Shown: positions 44,889 to 59,790, counted from the first letter of the stretch. The stretch: DNA of 64,000 bases from the human T2T-CHM13v2.0 reference genome, Homo sapiens (GCF_009914755.1 NC_060926.1); one strand, 5' to 3'. Made by a program: numbers and translations. Notes: generated from the letters alone by a model not told the origin.

Positions 44889-46473
44889 TCAATTCTGACA
44901 CTTTCATTGGAATTGGAATGGGGCTGGGAGTGGGAACCGGGGCCATCTTGCTGCCCCCAGGGAGAACAGGTCTGAGGTGGAGCCAAGCAGAGTGAGCAGA
45001 ACTGAGATGAGCAGAGAAAAGCAGGGCCTGGTGAAAGAATGTCACCGCATCATGCCTCCACTCCATTCCTAAAGTTTTCTGTTTACACGCAAGCCAGTAT
45101 GTTCCCTCTTGTCTTGGATAAATGCATGTAAACAAACAAATGGGTGAACACAAGTATTCATGGACACAACCCAGGCACCTGCTAAGCAGGCCACCTCGTG
45201 TCTGGTGTCCTGGTGTCCTAAGAAGCACCAGCTTCCTTAATCCCCTTGGAGACCCTGTGAGGGCGGGAGGTAACGTGATGGTTAACTGCTGAGAATTCTT
45301 AGCCTGCCTACAACGGCCCTGAATCAACAACACAAGAGGCTTCCAGACTAGTGAAAACTTAGACATATAGTGGAGTGTGAGCCAAAGGTAAAAGAAAAGG
45401 AGACAAAGAGGCTGCAGAGAGAGACAGGCAGGAATGAGACGGTGTGAGGGAGGTGGGAGGTGGGTGCTGTTTCTAGATTCCTGTGCAGGAAAACTCTGCT
45501 GGAAGGCCTGCGATTACATGGCACTCAAGCATGTGGGTTGCTGCTGGAACTGGGTGCCCCACATCACGTAGGCCCTGTGAGCATTAAAATAACAATCTCC
45601 ATCGTGTGGCACCTGCAGAGAAACATCAAAGGGGTTGAAGCTGTTCAGGCACGAGAAGGTGAGGCCTCACTGCGAGCCTGAAGCTGTTCCCTGAATGATG
45701 ACCTGGCAAGTGAGTGTGAATGCCTGTCTTCCAGCCTAAACCGTCAGGACGGGGCCCAAGTCCTACTCATCTCAGTAACCTTCAGAGGATCTGGCACATA
45801 GAAAGAGCTGGAATCAAACGTGTTTCATAAATAACAAACTGGAAGAGTGGGTAAACTTGGGACCCAGGAGCTGGTTCAAACCCTGGTTTGAAGAAGGGAG
45901 GTGGATCCTTGGAGAGATATCGGCCTGCTGGACTGTCCCTTCCACTGAGTAGTGTTGGCAGGGAATAGGGGTTGGCTTCCCTGTCATAGGGTCCTCTTGC
46001 CATGCTTCACTGTGCTGCAGGGATGGAGACACACCTGCAAGTTAAAGGGCCATGTTTGGAAAGGAAAGATTGTTAGGAGCCTAGTAGCATCAGAGGCCCA
46101 GCTTCCCTGACTTCAAGGACCAACAACGATGAACTCTGTCTTGGAGCTGCTGGGCCCTTTTCATCGCTGTCCAGACTACAACACTTCCAGATGATTCTCA
46201 CATTACAGCTTCTCAATGTCTGCCCTCGCCCTAACCTCGCTCCCCCGCCTACCCACCCCCCACCCAGTTAGCTACTGGATAGCAATTCCAGTGTCTCAGT
46301 GGGATTCAGCGGGGTAAGAAGGAATGCATTGCTATCCCATAACTCGAACCTTCTCTTGGCAAAAAGGAAATTCCATCTGCTCCCAAAAGAGTGGGAGAAA
46401 AATGACTGCTGGAATAGCAGAGTTGGAAGATTTAAAGGCTTCTTGGGATAAAGACTGAGGTTCTAGCCCTCAC

Positions 46474-46578
46474 CACATCATTGATTAGTAGGGGGCTCTT
46501 GAGCAGTTCAAATCAATTTATTCATTCACATCATTGGTTAGTTGGGGGCTCTTAAGCAGTTCAAATAATTTATTCATT
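46474..46578. repeat. ~53-bp tandem duplication
   Basis: cacatcattg(a/g)ttagt(a/t)gggggctctt(g/a)agcagttcaaat...ttattcatt twice. Confidence 0.9.
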
Positions 46579-46934
46579 CATTCAACAAGCATTGAGTGAT
46601 TACTGCATGTCAGGCCCCATGCTATGTATCAAGGATGTAAAGCTAGCCAAAGAGCATTTTCTACCTTCACAGACTATATGGGGAGATAGACAGCAGTCAA
46701 GACCATTACTTACAGCATAGTGCAGTTAATGGCAGTATGGTAATGTAATTAGTAGTAGTGGTATGATGGGAGGAACCCAGGATCCATGGAACCCCAGCAG
46801 AAGGCCACATTCATGGGCTTGCTCCCTCATCTGTGCATAAGAGCGTGTGGTGCCACATCATGAAAGGAAGGTAGGGAGGCTTTGGTGTGCCTGTTGTGGT
46901 CCCAGGTTGGGCTCCAAAGCAAACACTGAGCGGT

Positions 46935-47122
46935 GAGTGGTTCTCCAACCCCACTGCACATTCTAATTAGAGCCTGGTGGAGAGCTTATTTTAAAAGGTA
47001 GATTCCTGGACCTGACTTCAGGAATTTAGATTTATTAGGTTCGGGGTAATCTGCATTTTAAAGAAGTGCCTTGGGCTGATTCTGATGCAGATGGTCCATA
47101 GACCACACTTTGATAAGCACTG
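46935..47122. mobile_element. MER5A (hAT-Charlie)
   Basis: gagtggttctccaacc...aatctgcattttaa...ggtccatagaccacactttgataagcactg. Confidence 0.8.
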
Positions 47123-47421
47123 TCTGTAAAGTCCCTGACAACTCGAGGGTACTCCAATTTCTTCAGCTGTAAAGTCATTTTCTTTGAGTTAGCAGAAGGA
47201 GCATTCATGATGGAGCCTGGATTTTGGCTTCTTCCCCAAATTGCAGGCTTCAACTTTTTCTCTGTGTTACCAGCCAAAATAATTGTCAGGCTGTCAGTTT
47301 GACAGAAAGCCCACCTATTCATGCAGTTATTCTTGATTCAGATGTTTGGGGAGAAATAGAGTGAAACTACAATATGGAGTCTAAATTGTTTCCTGTTAGA
47401 AAAACACCTAAATATCCTAAT

Positions 47422-48167
<746 letters not shown>

Positions 48168-48189
48168 TAATTAAGGCAGTAAAAAGTAT

Positions 48190-48430
48190 GAGTTAAGAGC
48201 ATGGGCTCTGAGGTCATTTGGCCTAAGCTTCCAATCTGAGCTTATTCCCTTAACAGCCTTAAGACCTTGGGCAGTTACTTTACCTATCTATGCCTCAATT
48301 TCCTTATATGAAAACAGGACTGATAGTAATGGCACTTACCTCAAGGGGTGCAACACGAGTTAAATGGCTTAAGGCATACAATAAGAACTTAGCATGGCGC
48401 CTGGTGCTTATAAACAAGAAATACTACCCG
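48190..48430 (+). mobile_element. MIR
   Basis: gttaagagcatgggctctg...ccttgggcagttactttacc. Confidence 0.8.
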
Positions 48431-49043
48431 TTATTAACAAAGCTGAGTGCACAAAAATTCCCAGGAGCTAGAAATAAAGAGAGAACTGAAAACTAGAAAA
48501 GCGAGCACATTGGCTGTCTCTTACAGTTACCACAGATGAGAGTGGTATTGGTATTCGAGCTGGTCTTATTTGCACAGAGGCTTAGGCTTTAATACTGTTC
48601 AGGGACAGGAAACAAATTCTTGAGCCTGTGGGAGGTGGCGTGTTGGCACTGAGATGTCAACCTAAAGCCAGGACCCTGGAAGGACAACGTCCTTTTAAAA
48701 ATTGCATAAAAAAGTCAATCTCTAGCAGAAAGAAATGAGACGAAAGTATGTTTATCTTGAACTGAGCTTTAGCTCAGGAGGGGGAAATGTCTCCCTTAAG
48801 AATTCAGAACCACTGGCATGAGCCTTTCATGGGTTTGGGGTTTAAATAAATAGTTCCTGCACAACCTAGAAACCCCTGGGCTAAGAAATAACATAAAATT
48901 TGGTATGGGCCAATTATACTCTGTTAGAAGCAAGCAGTTTGATTACACTGGTTTCTCCAGATTAAAGTCCTGCTGAAGATGAGCTCACAATCTGAAATCA
49001 TACAACACTGAAGGAAAAAACATAAGCAAAAGTCTGCAGACCC

Positions 49044-49416
<373 letters not shown>

Positions 49417-49835
49417 TTACACAACCATCAGAGGAGATAATTAAGTATGTTAAAATGATGAATAATATAAAATAAAGCTTGAAAAACGTAAATGAATAAA
49501 ATCAGGCAGGCTTTAAAAGTAAAACAAATACTACCATTTCTTGGAAATAAGAAAAATATTCATTAAACTTTAAAACTCAATGAACAGATTAAATAGTAGA
49601 TTAGGCATAGTTGAGAAACAATTAGAAAACTTGGAGCTAAATGTGGGAAAGTATCTGGATGGAGACCGGAGACGAAAACTCTGAAAGAGATATTAGGAGA
49701 CATGGAGAATAAAATGAGAAAGTCTAACAGATATTCAAGAGGACTTCCAGGAGAGAAAACTGAGAGAATGGGGTGAGGCAATGTTTGAAGTGAAGGTGGC
49801 TGAGAACCGATGAAAGATAAGAACATTTAGATTCA

Positions 49836-50130
49836 GGCTGGGTGTGGTGGCTCATGTCTGTAATCGCAGCACTATGGGTGGCTATGGTGGGAGGATCGCT
49901 TGAGTCTAGGAGCTCCAGACTGCCTGGGCAACAAAAAGAGACCCCATCTTTAAAAAAATTTTAAAAATTAGCTAGGCATGGTGGAGTGTGCCTGTAGTCC
50001 TAGCTACTTGGGATGCTGAGGTAGGAGGATCGCTTGAGCTCAGGAGCTGAGGTTGCAGTGAGCTATGATCATGCCACTGCACTCCAGCCTGTGTGATACA
50101 GCAAGACTCTGTCTCAAAAAAAAAAAAAAA
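49836..50130 (+). mobile_element. AluJ
   Basis: TSD atttagattca; gagctatgatcatgcc. Confidence 0.93.
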
Positions 50131-51204
50131 ATTTAGATTCAGGAGTCACAATGATGAACCCCAAAATAGATAAATAAAACCAAATGCTCTTTTAGATATA
50201 CACTTTATAAAGATACACACTCTATATATTTTATAAAAGAAGCCAGAGAGAAAAGACTGAGCTCTACTACAGTGGAGCATGCCAAGGGAGAAGCCATGGA
50301 GATCACATGAATGGGAGTGTTCCCAGGATCTGTGACCTAGGTGTGGGGCCTGCATAATGAGAAACCTGTGGCCGATTGAATGCGACACAGGTAGGGGCTC
50401 AGGCAGAGGCTGAGATCAAGGATGACTTTAAAAGCAGATGGAGGATTTGGACTTGGTACAGAAAACTTCAAGGACCTCTTGCATTGTTACAAGGATCCAA
50501 TGAGACAAGATAAATAGGCTTGTTAACTAAAAAGCAATTTTCAAAGGATGATTTCGCAGTGACTATGGTGTGGAAATGAAGCTATTCTGAGACTCTTTGT
50601 TTTCAACTTCAAACTGCTATTTTTTTGTGTGTTTTGTTTGTTCTTTCCTTTCTTAACCTCTCTTTAATAGCACAGAGAGGTTTTGCAACAATCTGAGGTG
50701 TTTGAGAAAAGTGTTAAATTAGTTTGTGCAAATGCTTGCTATTTCACTGCAGATTAACCAGGCTGTGTGCAATGTGGACATATATTCTGGAAATGGCATA
50801 AATTATCCCACTTCATTTGCCTTCTCTGTTGCTTGGTGAGACTGACCCTACTTGGAAAAACTTCAGATTGGGCCAAACAAGGGTATTCTTTGGGCTGAAA
50901 GAATGTCCCTGAAAACTCTGATTTTATATACAGGTTGGTATTTTTATGTATTCTCCATTTTCCTGAGCTGTTGTTGACAAATGGAAAGTTGAAAAACATT
51001 TGCCCAAGAAGTCCCAATAAAGCGTCATACACAGCCTGCCAAGAAATGTGAGTGAATTAGCAAAGGCTGGCCCAGGGAAATGAGGAGATGGGCTGGGTAC
51101 CACCCAATTCACCCCACCGCCCACCAAGAAGCTATGATCTCACTGGCCTGTGACATGAGGACACATCTGGCTCAGGGAGATTCAGAGAGAGCTTGTTCTT
51201 GCAA

Positions 51205-51880
51205 TACATTTTTTATTGAGTGATGACGATGTGGCAGTCACTGTACTCAGTGCACTGGGGACACTACAGTAATCCTACTCTCTGGAGCTTAGAATCTAGT
51301 GCAAGATGCAGATAAGTAATTATGATACAGCTCTGAAAGTATTATGTAATGGCACTTATAAACATAGCAATGGGGAGAAGTAATATCTGAGGCTTGTGAA
51401 GAATAAAGTAAGAGTTGCTGAGAAAAGGATATTCAAAGAAGTGTACATTGTTCAATTTTTATGGAGCACGAAAATGAGAGTGAACCATGAGAAATGTTGC
51501 TGGAAAGTCAGGCAGGAGCCAGACCAGAAGGAATCCTGTAAGCCATGCAGAATAAGCCTTGATCTCGAGGACTTTGGGGGCATTGAAAAGTTTTACACAG
51601 GAAAGTAACCTGATTAGATTTTCTTTTTAGAAAACTCACTCTGGCTGTTGTCTGGGGATTCCATTAGAGGAGAGAAACAGGAGGCAGGGAAATCCATCAT
51701 ATGGCTTTTGCAGCAGTTGCAGGCAGAACAAGGTGACAGGGGTGAAGTGGAAAGTGGGAAAATTAAAGAGGTGCTTCCGCAGGGGAATTGGTAGGAGTTG
51801 GTGATTGAATGTGGACTTTGAGAGAGAGTGAGGACTCAGGATCATGTTCAGGGTCCTGGTTTGACCATTAGGCAGATGAT
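51205..51880 (-). mobile_element. L2
   Basis: atttttattgagtg...ctctggagcttagaatctag...cactctggctg...ggaggcaggga. Confidence 0.7.
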
Positions 51881-51956
51881 AGGAAGAAGTTCTCTCCTAT
51901 GTCAAGAGAGAGTTGTAACCTGCAGTGGAGCAGAACAGATAAAGTTTAAGGAAACT

Positions 51957-52770
51957 TAGGGCCAGCTTCACAGCTTTTCAACCTGTGCTGTCTAATGGGG
52001 ACTGCATTCAGAAGGGCCCAGTGCATGCTTTGCTGGCCATCTTGAAATCTGTAATACATTTATCTTTGAATGTGTGTTTTGTAAGTGAAGAGTGGTAGAA
52101 CAATGGGGCATGGTCATGAGCAGAGGAGGCGTTTGCGATGTGTGTGTCCTCCATTCCTTGCTGCCCCATTCAGATAGAGCATTTGGGATGCCTCGTGAAC
52201 ACCCAATTCCAGTGGACATACCACGCATGGTGGCTCAGAGAGACTCAAGCAGGTATAAGATAAGCATGGTCTAGAAGCTGATGGCTTTGAGTCTCACTGA
52301 ACAGAGAGATTTCCTACTCCTGTTCCCTATTAGCGTGACTATGACTGAGTAAGTGGGTGCTGACTGTGCCGCAAGGCTGTGCTTTCCATTCAAATAAGAG
52401 CTTGTTTCAAATGCAGAAAGAAGGCAATGGTGATCTTCTTAAGAACAGAACGACCAAGGAAGCTTCCTTACTCCTGTTACTTCCCTGTGTCAGCCAACCA
52501 CTTTTGCTGAAACTGATGATATAGAAGGAAAGAAAAACACAGGGCAATGTGTAGTTTCTTGTCCTCTGAGTCCTTCCTTACTTCTCATTAAATTGAAGGT
52601 AGAATTTGAAATAAAATATGGAATTTTAAGAAACAGAAAAAATAAATGGAAAGTAGAGAACATTGGTAGAATGCACACTTAAGTCTGTGCAGTGTTTCTA
52701 CTTTTCTGGCAAGAATGAAATACCTATGCATGTATAAGCTACAAAATACAAATTGTGTAATTTCAGTGAT

Positions 52771-52802
<32 letters not shown>

Positions 52803-53211
52803 CAGAGACAGAGTCTTGCTTTGTTGTCCAGGCTGGAGTGCAGTGGTGCAGTCATAGTTCACTGAAACCTTGAACTCCTGGGCTCAAGTGAACCTTCTGT
52901 CTTAGCCTCCCAAGTAGCTAGGACTATATCTGCATGCCACCATCACCTCCAGCTATTTTTTTTTGAGGTGGGTAGAGATGGGGTCTTGCTATGTTGCCCA
53001 GGCTGGTCTCGAATTCCTGTACTCAAGCAATTCTCCTGCCTTGGCCCCCAAAGTGCTAGGATCATAGCACAGTACCCAGCCTTGAGTTAATGTTCTTATG
53101 TTTGTATTTCACAATATAAACAGCAAAATTCATGCTAATAATTTAGTTTTAATTTTTCTTTACTTAGAAGGCCACTTAATGACATTTTTAGCAAATAAAA
53201 ACACTATGACA
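51957..53211 (+). mobile_element. MER45B-like hAT-Tip100 DNA transposon, split by an AluJ and 3'-truncated
   Basis: agggccagcttcac...cagaagggccc...catcttgaaat...tgttttgtaagtgaag...gagcagaggag. Confidence 0.75.
52773..53081 (-). mobile_element. AluJ with ~30-nt pure T tail
   Basis: Antisense dimeric Alu. Confidence 0.93.
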
Positions 53212-53524
53212 GGCCTGGTGTGGTGGCTCATGCCAGTAATCCCAGCACTTTGGGAGGCCGAGGCAGGTGGATCACTTGAGGCCAGGATTTCAAAACAAAC
53301 CTAGGAAACATGGTGAAATGCTATCTCTACTGAAAATACGAAAATTAGCCAGGTGTGGTGATGCACATCTATAATCCCAGCTACTCAAGAGGCTGAGGCA
53401 CAAGAATCGCTGAGCCCAGGAGGCAGAGGTTGCAGTGAGCCGAGATCACGGCACTGCACTGTCGCCTGGGCAACAGAGCAAGACTCTGTTTTAAGACAGA
53501 CAGATAGACAAACAAACAAACAAA
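53212..53524 (+). mobile_element. AluS/J
   Basis: TSD cactatgacag on both sides. Confidence 0.92.
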
Positions 53525-53537
53525 CCCACTATGACAG

Positions 53538-54362
53538 TGAGAATGCAAAATGGTACAACTACTTTGGAAGACAGTTTGGCAGTTTCTTACAAAGCTAAAC
53601 ATAGTCTTAACACATGATCCAGCAATCACACTCCTAAGTATTTACCTAAATTAGTAGAAAACTTATGTCCACACAAACATGTGCTATAAACATGAATGTT
53701 TATAGCAGGTTTATTCATCATTGCCAGAATTTAGAAGTAACCAAGATGACCTTCAGCATCTATTTGTGAATGAATAAACAAACTGTGGTATATCCATACA
53801 ATGGAATATTATTCAGCGATAAAAAGTGAGCTATCAAAACAGTGAAAATATAGGGAGGAAACTTACATGCATATTGCTTAGTGAAAGAAGCCAATCTGAA
53901 ATCTGTATGATTCCAATTTGATGACATTCTGCAAAAGGCAAAACCATAGAGTAAGTTATAAGATCAGTGGTTTCCAGGAGCCTGGGAGTAGAGGAAGGAG
54001 AGAGAAATGGATAGGTGGAGCATGGGAGGTTTGTAGGGCAGTGAAATCATTCTGTAAAATGATGGGCACATGACATTATGTGTTTGTCAAAACCTGTACA
54101 ATGTACACCACAAAGAGTGAACCCTGACTCAGCGGACAAGGAACTCTGTATTTTCTGCTCAATGCCAAATGGTACAGCCACTTTGGAAGACAGTGCAAAC
54201 AATGTAAATTGTGAACTTTGTTAAAAATAGTGTGTCAATATTGGCTCACTCATGGTAACGAATGTACCACACCAGTGCAAAAAAGGAGGGAGGTATATGG
54301 GAGCTCTCTGTATTATCTGCTCAATTTTTCTGTAAAAAATAGTCTATTAATTTTTTTAAAAA
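53538..54362 (+). mobile_element. L1MC-type 3' region
   Basis: aaaatggtacaactactttggaagacagtttggcagtttctt...gatccagcaatcacactcct...ctgctcaatttttctgtaaa. Confidence 0.85.
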
Positions 54363-54749
54363 AGGGAAAAGGAATCTTTGTCCCATAGTGTATTGACTTT
54401 TGGGAGTGACTAAGAGGCTGATGGTGGTGAAAGTGACAGCCATTCTAGAAAGTCCTCAGAATGACTCATGGGGCTTTTTCCTGGGCTTTAGCCCCCTTCT
54501 TTGTCAACAGGGAGTGGAGTTTCAAGGCCTCAGTTGCACGCTGGCTTCTCCTTTGGGCACTGCCTAAACTTCAGGTGGTCTTTGTCAGAACTGGTGCTCA
54601 GGTGTGCTTTGTAACAAGCAAGGGCTCAGCCCCTCCTCTCTCCCCTACCTTGCCCCATTTCAGAATTTAGGAATCATGATTTCCTTCCATATCTATAAGA
54701 GATGGGGACTGACGTTTTTCCCTGGACAATAAATAATTGTCAGCATTTT

Positions 54750-55190
54750 CACAAAGGAGACTTTAGTACCGTCTCTGCCACTCACTGGGTGACTTTGACC
54801 AAGTTGCTTCGGCTCTCTGGGACTCATTTGACCTATGTGTAAGTGTAAGTGATGTGGAGGGAGATAAATTGGGTGATTTTCCAAGAAAAGAACCTTAATA
54901 TGTAAAAAGATATAGGTGGGACTGCTCTGGTTGAAGGCAGAGAAAGTAGAGAGAGAGGCAGCCTGGAGTTCCGACCCACCACTCACCTGTCCTCTTGACC
55001 CACTGATGCCCTTGAGCTCCAGAATTTCTAGAACCCCAGGGTAGCATGGAGCACAGTTTGAGAACTCCTGATCCACCCACCTCATTTTATAAACAGAAGG
55101 GCAAAGGACTTGCTCAAGGTTGTACGAGGAGATAGTGCTCAGGATGGAATTAAGACCCAGGTTTCTGGACATCTAGTTCCGTGCTCTTTC
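54750..55190. mobile_element. MIR fragments flanking a probable hAT relic
   Basis: gtgactttgaccaagttgc; cagtttgagaactcctg; ctcattttataaacagaag...ttgctcaaggt. Confidence 0.5.
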
Positions 55191-56223
55191 CCCTCACTGT
55201 TTTGCCCCAGTCCTGTTGCGGCCACTTTTTGTTTATTGAGTAGGAAACACCCTCCCAAGCCCAAACATGAGCTCTGCCCTCTGGGAATGGAAACAGCAGC
55301 CCACACACAAATCGTTGCCACTGCCCATGTACCCACCCAGGGTGCCAGCAATACAATCCTGACTCTTACAGATAATGTGCGTTTATAACCCGCTATGAGA
55401 TTCCTCAGGTTCCTAGGCCTCTCAGATCATTCTGTCAGGGATTTGGATGAACCATTGGCTTAGAGTTTTAAGCAGCTTTAGCAATTGTCCTCTGTGCCCA
55501 CATAGCACTTAGTTATGCACAGTCCTGTATTCTTATAGCCTCATCCTTTTGGAGTATTGGTCTTAACTCTTCAACTGGATGCTCTACTCTGTAAGAACAC
55601 AGTTCCCCTACGCCTAATTTTGTGTTCTGTACACAGTGGGTGCTTAGTTAAAAGTGCTCAATCATGCTTCTTTTCAAGGTCATTCCACCCATTCCTGCTC
55701 ATAAAATGGGTAGGGGAGCCACATCAAAGCGAGTTCCAGAGGCAGGCCAGCTTTTGACCTATCAGAAAGGGCAGTGCACCACCTCGCCCAGCATGGAAAA
55801 AGTGAGAAGGAACTAGGCTGGCGGCCAATGAGGGTGTACTACAAATAGCCGCTACAAGTTTGGAACATTTCCTGTGCTGAACCCTGCAGATGTGTGATCT
55901 CCGGGAATGCTAAAAACAAACTTGGATGGACTTATTCCTACTCATGGTACAGATGAGGGAACTGAGATGTAGAGAAGGGAAGTAACTTGGAAAAGGCTTT
56001 AGAACTATGATTAGAACCCAGGTCTAGCTGATGCCAAAGCGCAAGTTAATAATCTCCATATCAGGATGACCAAGGGCACTATAATTGGGTTTTTAAAAGT
56101 CCTAGGGTCACATAAAGAGCTTGCATATCACATTTTTTGATAGCCCTCTGCCCAGTCTTTAACCTTCAGCCCACCTTGCTTTCTCTCCCCCTCCTGCAGC
56201 CTCCTAAAGAGTTTAGGACACTG

Positions 56224-56516
56224 GGCTGGGTGCGGTGGCTCACGCCTACAATCCCAGCACTTTGGGAGGCCGAGGCGGGCGGATCATCTGAGGTCGGGAG
56301 TTCGAGACCTGACCAACATGGAGAAACCCCATCTCTACTAAAAATACAAAATTAGCTGGGCGTGGTGATGCATCCCTGTAATCCCAGCTACTCAGGAGGT
56401 TGAGGCAGGAGAATCACTTGAACCCGGAGGCAGGGGTTGCAGTGAGCCAAGATCATGCCATTGCACTCCAGCCTGGGCAACAAGAGCAAAACTCTGTCTC
56501 AAAAAAAAAAAAAAAA
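56224..56516 (+). mobile_element. AluSp-like
   Basis: gaggtcgggagttcg, ctgaccaacatggagaaacc; TSD tttaggaca. Confidence 0.93.
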
Positions 56517-56789
56517 TTTAGGACAACGAATGAAAGGGCTAGAGAATGTAGAGCCAGTGAGTTTATAAACCAGGCATGTCAACATGGCTCAGAGACCTCC
56601 AGGGGTGGGGAAAGAGGGTGCTGGATGAGACATGAACACAGGCAGAGATAGGGTAATGAATACAGAAAATCTGTAGAGTTTATCCCTGGGGGCCTGTAAA
56701 TCTGGAACACTGTGGTCTAACTGAGCAATCCTGCTAATGCAGGCATGATGAGTAAAAGCTTCTCTCAAAGCTGGGGACTCTGAGAGTGT

Positions 56790-57045
56790 AGCAGGATGGT
56801 TACTCAGGCATCTCGGAGTAGGACAGACCTGGATTTCATTCTCAGATCCAGATCTGTCACTTATTAGCTGAGGGGCTTGGGGCAAATTACTTAAGCCTTT
56901 AAACTTTACTTTGCCATCTGTATTAGGAAATAATACCAACCTCAGAAGGTTGCAAATATTAAGTGAGATTCTTATTGGGTGCTTAGCATTATATCTGGTG
57001 TATTGTAAGCATTCAAGAAATAGTTGCTATTATTGTGATTATTAT
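56790..57045 (+). mobile_element. MIR
   Basis: cacttattagctg...ggcaaattacttaa...ccatctgtattaggaaataataccaacctc. Confidence 0.8.
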
Positions 57046-58422
57046 TAATGTTATTCAGGTTCAGTTTCTTATCAAGTAGGTATATATTTTTTTGATGGCC
57101 AAAGGGTTTGATAGCTCCTGTTAGGGACCCAAGTCAGCCCTTACACTCAGACTCCAGTGCAACAATTAACTCTTGCTCTCTGACCCACAGCCTCTGCAGT
57201 GTTTGTGTATCTGGAAGTTTACCTGGTGGAAAGAAAACTGTGTAGCTTCCGTCCAAAGATAGATAGGGTGGTAGCTCGGAAGAAAAATTACGCAGATCCC
57301 AGAACCTCTAACTTTCTTGAAAACTATTGAAACTTCCAGAATACCCAAAATCATGAAACCAGTTTTAAAGTTCTTGCTAGTCTGCAGGCAACCACAGACT
57401 CAAAATATTTGGGCTAGACTCTTCTATGGAAACAGAAATCATCTGGCCTAATCTCTTCTTTTGACAGATCAAAGCACCAAGTCCTGGAGAAAGGGTGAAA
57501 TTTTGACTAGACCTACAGATTATTAGAATTGCAAGGCAGCGAACAGCACCACAAAGGACTGAGAATGAGACTCAGCCAAAAGTTTCTGTGGATCTGGTGG
57601 CCTCCAATCCACACGATTTCCTGACAACTCCAGTGCACGATGGTTGTTCCCACTGCTGGGTGACTAGTGTGGCAGGCTTCTGCTGTGTTGCCCCATTGCT
57701 CTTATGACTGATTGGCTTGTAGCCTGCTGAACCCAGGGGATAGTGAGTTCTTTGAGGGTAGGGGACACTTTAGCAATTAGAATCCTAAAATCACAAACAT
57801 GTTTTAGCTGGAAGGAACCTTAGAAACGCCATTCTCCCATCCCTTTATTCTACAAATGGGAAGACATAGGCTCACATAGGGAAGGATCACATTTATGGTC
57901 ACCAGTTTCATGGTGGCAGAGCCAACTCCAGAGCCTCGAATCCTCTGACCACTTCACCAAGCTGTGTAGTTGCACTGCACACTCAGTAGAGCCTCAATAT
58001 GCTGATGACTCATCCATTTTTACCCCTAGATCTGTCCTCTACTCCTCTACCCAGAATTTCTGACTTGCAAATCCTACTTCCTATTCAACATCTCAACTTG
58101 GATGAGTAACAAACATCCCCACATGTCCAAAATGGGGCTCAGAGAAGATTGGGCATGTGTGAGTGTGCATGTGTGGTGTCAGGAGGTGGGAATAAGCACT
58201 CATCACACATTAGGTTCTTGTTGGCTAGAAACACTGTCTAGCTAATACCAGTGGTGCTAATAGATTACATAGGGCAAAAGAAGGGTTGTGTGCTCTCTGT
58301 AGCAAATGCCAAAGAGTAGCGTTATCATACTGGGGAAGTTTCAGAGCCAGCCCTTCCTCTTGCCCACACATATAGCTGGCATACACTGGCATAAGGAGGA
58401 ACACACTGGGATGTCAACAGAG

Positions 58423-58423
<1 letters not shown>

Positions 58424-58457
<34 letters not shown>
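58424..58457. repeat. (CA)17 microsatellite
   Basis: Perfect dinucleotide run. Confidence 0.97.
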
Positions 58458-58460
<3 letters not shown>

Positions 58461-58547
58461 AATGTTGAAAACTGTTGTAACTCTTGTATTATTGGTAGAT
58501 TGAAACTACCGTGTTCAATTCCACATAATATTAAAAAACTACTTTAA

Positions 58548-58898
<351 letters not shown>

Positions 58899-59689
58899 GA
58901 GAAAAAATTTTATTATAGCTTCTATAGTGCTATTTCTTACAATTCTGATTTTCTTTTTTCAGGATCTACCCTGTTTGAATTGCCTTTATGACAAAAACTG
59001 CAAAATGCAGCCCCAAGGGAGAGAATAATATAACTCATTATATAAGATCGATCAGAGATTAAATGAATACCTACCAAATACCAATGTCTTCATTGATGCT
59101 AAGCTTCTCCCTCTTGCAAAGATAATCAACAAATTCAATTGCTTCCTAAGTTGATGGCGGTGGAACAGTGCGAGCCCTCCAATTTGCTGTGGCAGGAAAT
59201 AATACATCTGGTGTCCTCAACCACCACTCTGATTTGTTCAGATGACAACTCAACAGGAAGGGCCTCTCAAGGTGCAGTCCTTTCATCTTTAAGACGAGAG
59301 ATTGTGTTTCTCCTAAGATAATCTTGCTTTTTCTGATTTCCACAGTAGAATGTTTTATGTGCTGTGGAAAAAGAATAATACAATCAGGAACATATCAAGG
59401 TCATATCAAGACATACCAAGGTCATCCACACAGGCCTTCTTACTTTCAGTGGACTGGAGATAGACTGTCAGTAGATGAACTCCTCAGACAGTCTTCATGG
59501 ACTCTATTCTGTTTCCTTTTGTGGGTCCTTAGGAAATAGAGAGTGCTAGAATAACTACATTCTAAACGTCATAGAATAGAGATTAGGGATAAAACAGAGA
59601 AGGAAAAGAAGGGAAGCAGAAAAAGACCAAGATACAATTGATATCTTAGCAACAGGCAGATCACACATGTCACTATTCAGTATCTACAA

Positions 59690-59790
59690 TTTTCTTTCCT
59701 TCCTTTCTTTTTCTTTCTTTCTCTTTCTTTCTTTCCTTCCTTCCTTTTTTTCTTTTCCTTTCTTTCTTTCTTTCTTTCTCTTTCTTTCTT

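Noticed and set aside
55820-55860. CCAAT box plus actacaa (ZNF143-like) promoter motif
   Set aside because: Lacks the TCCCA half of the motif and has no CpG-island context
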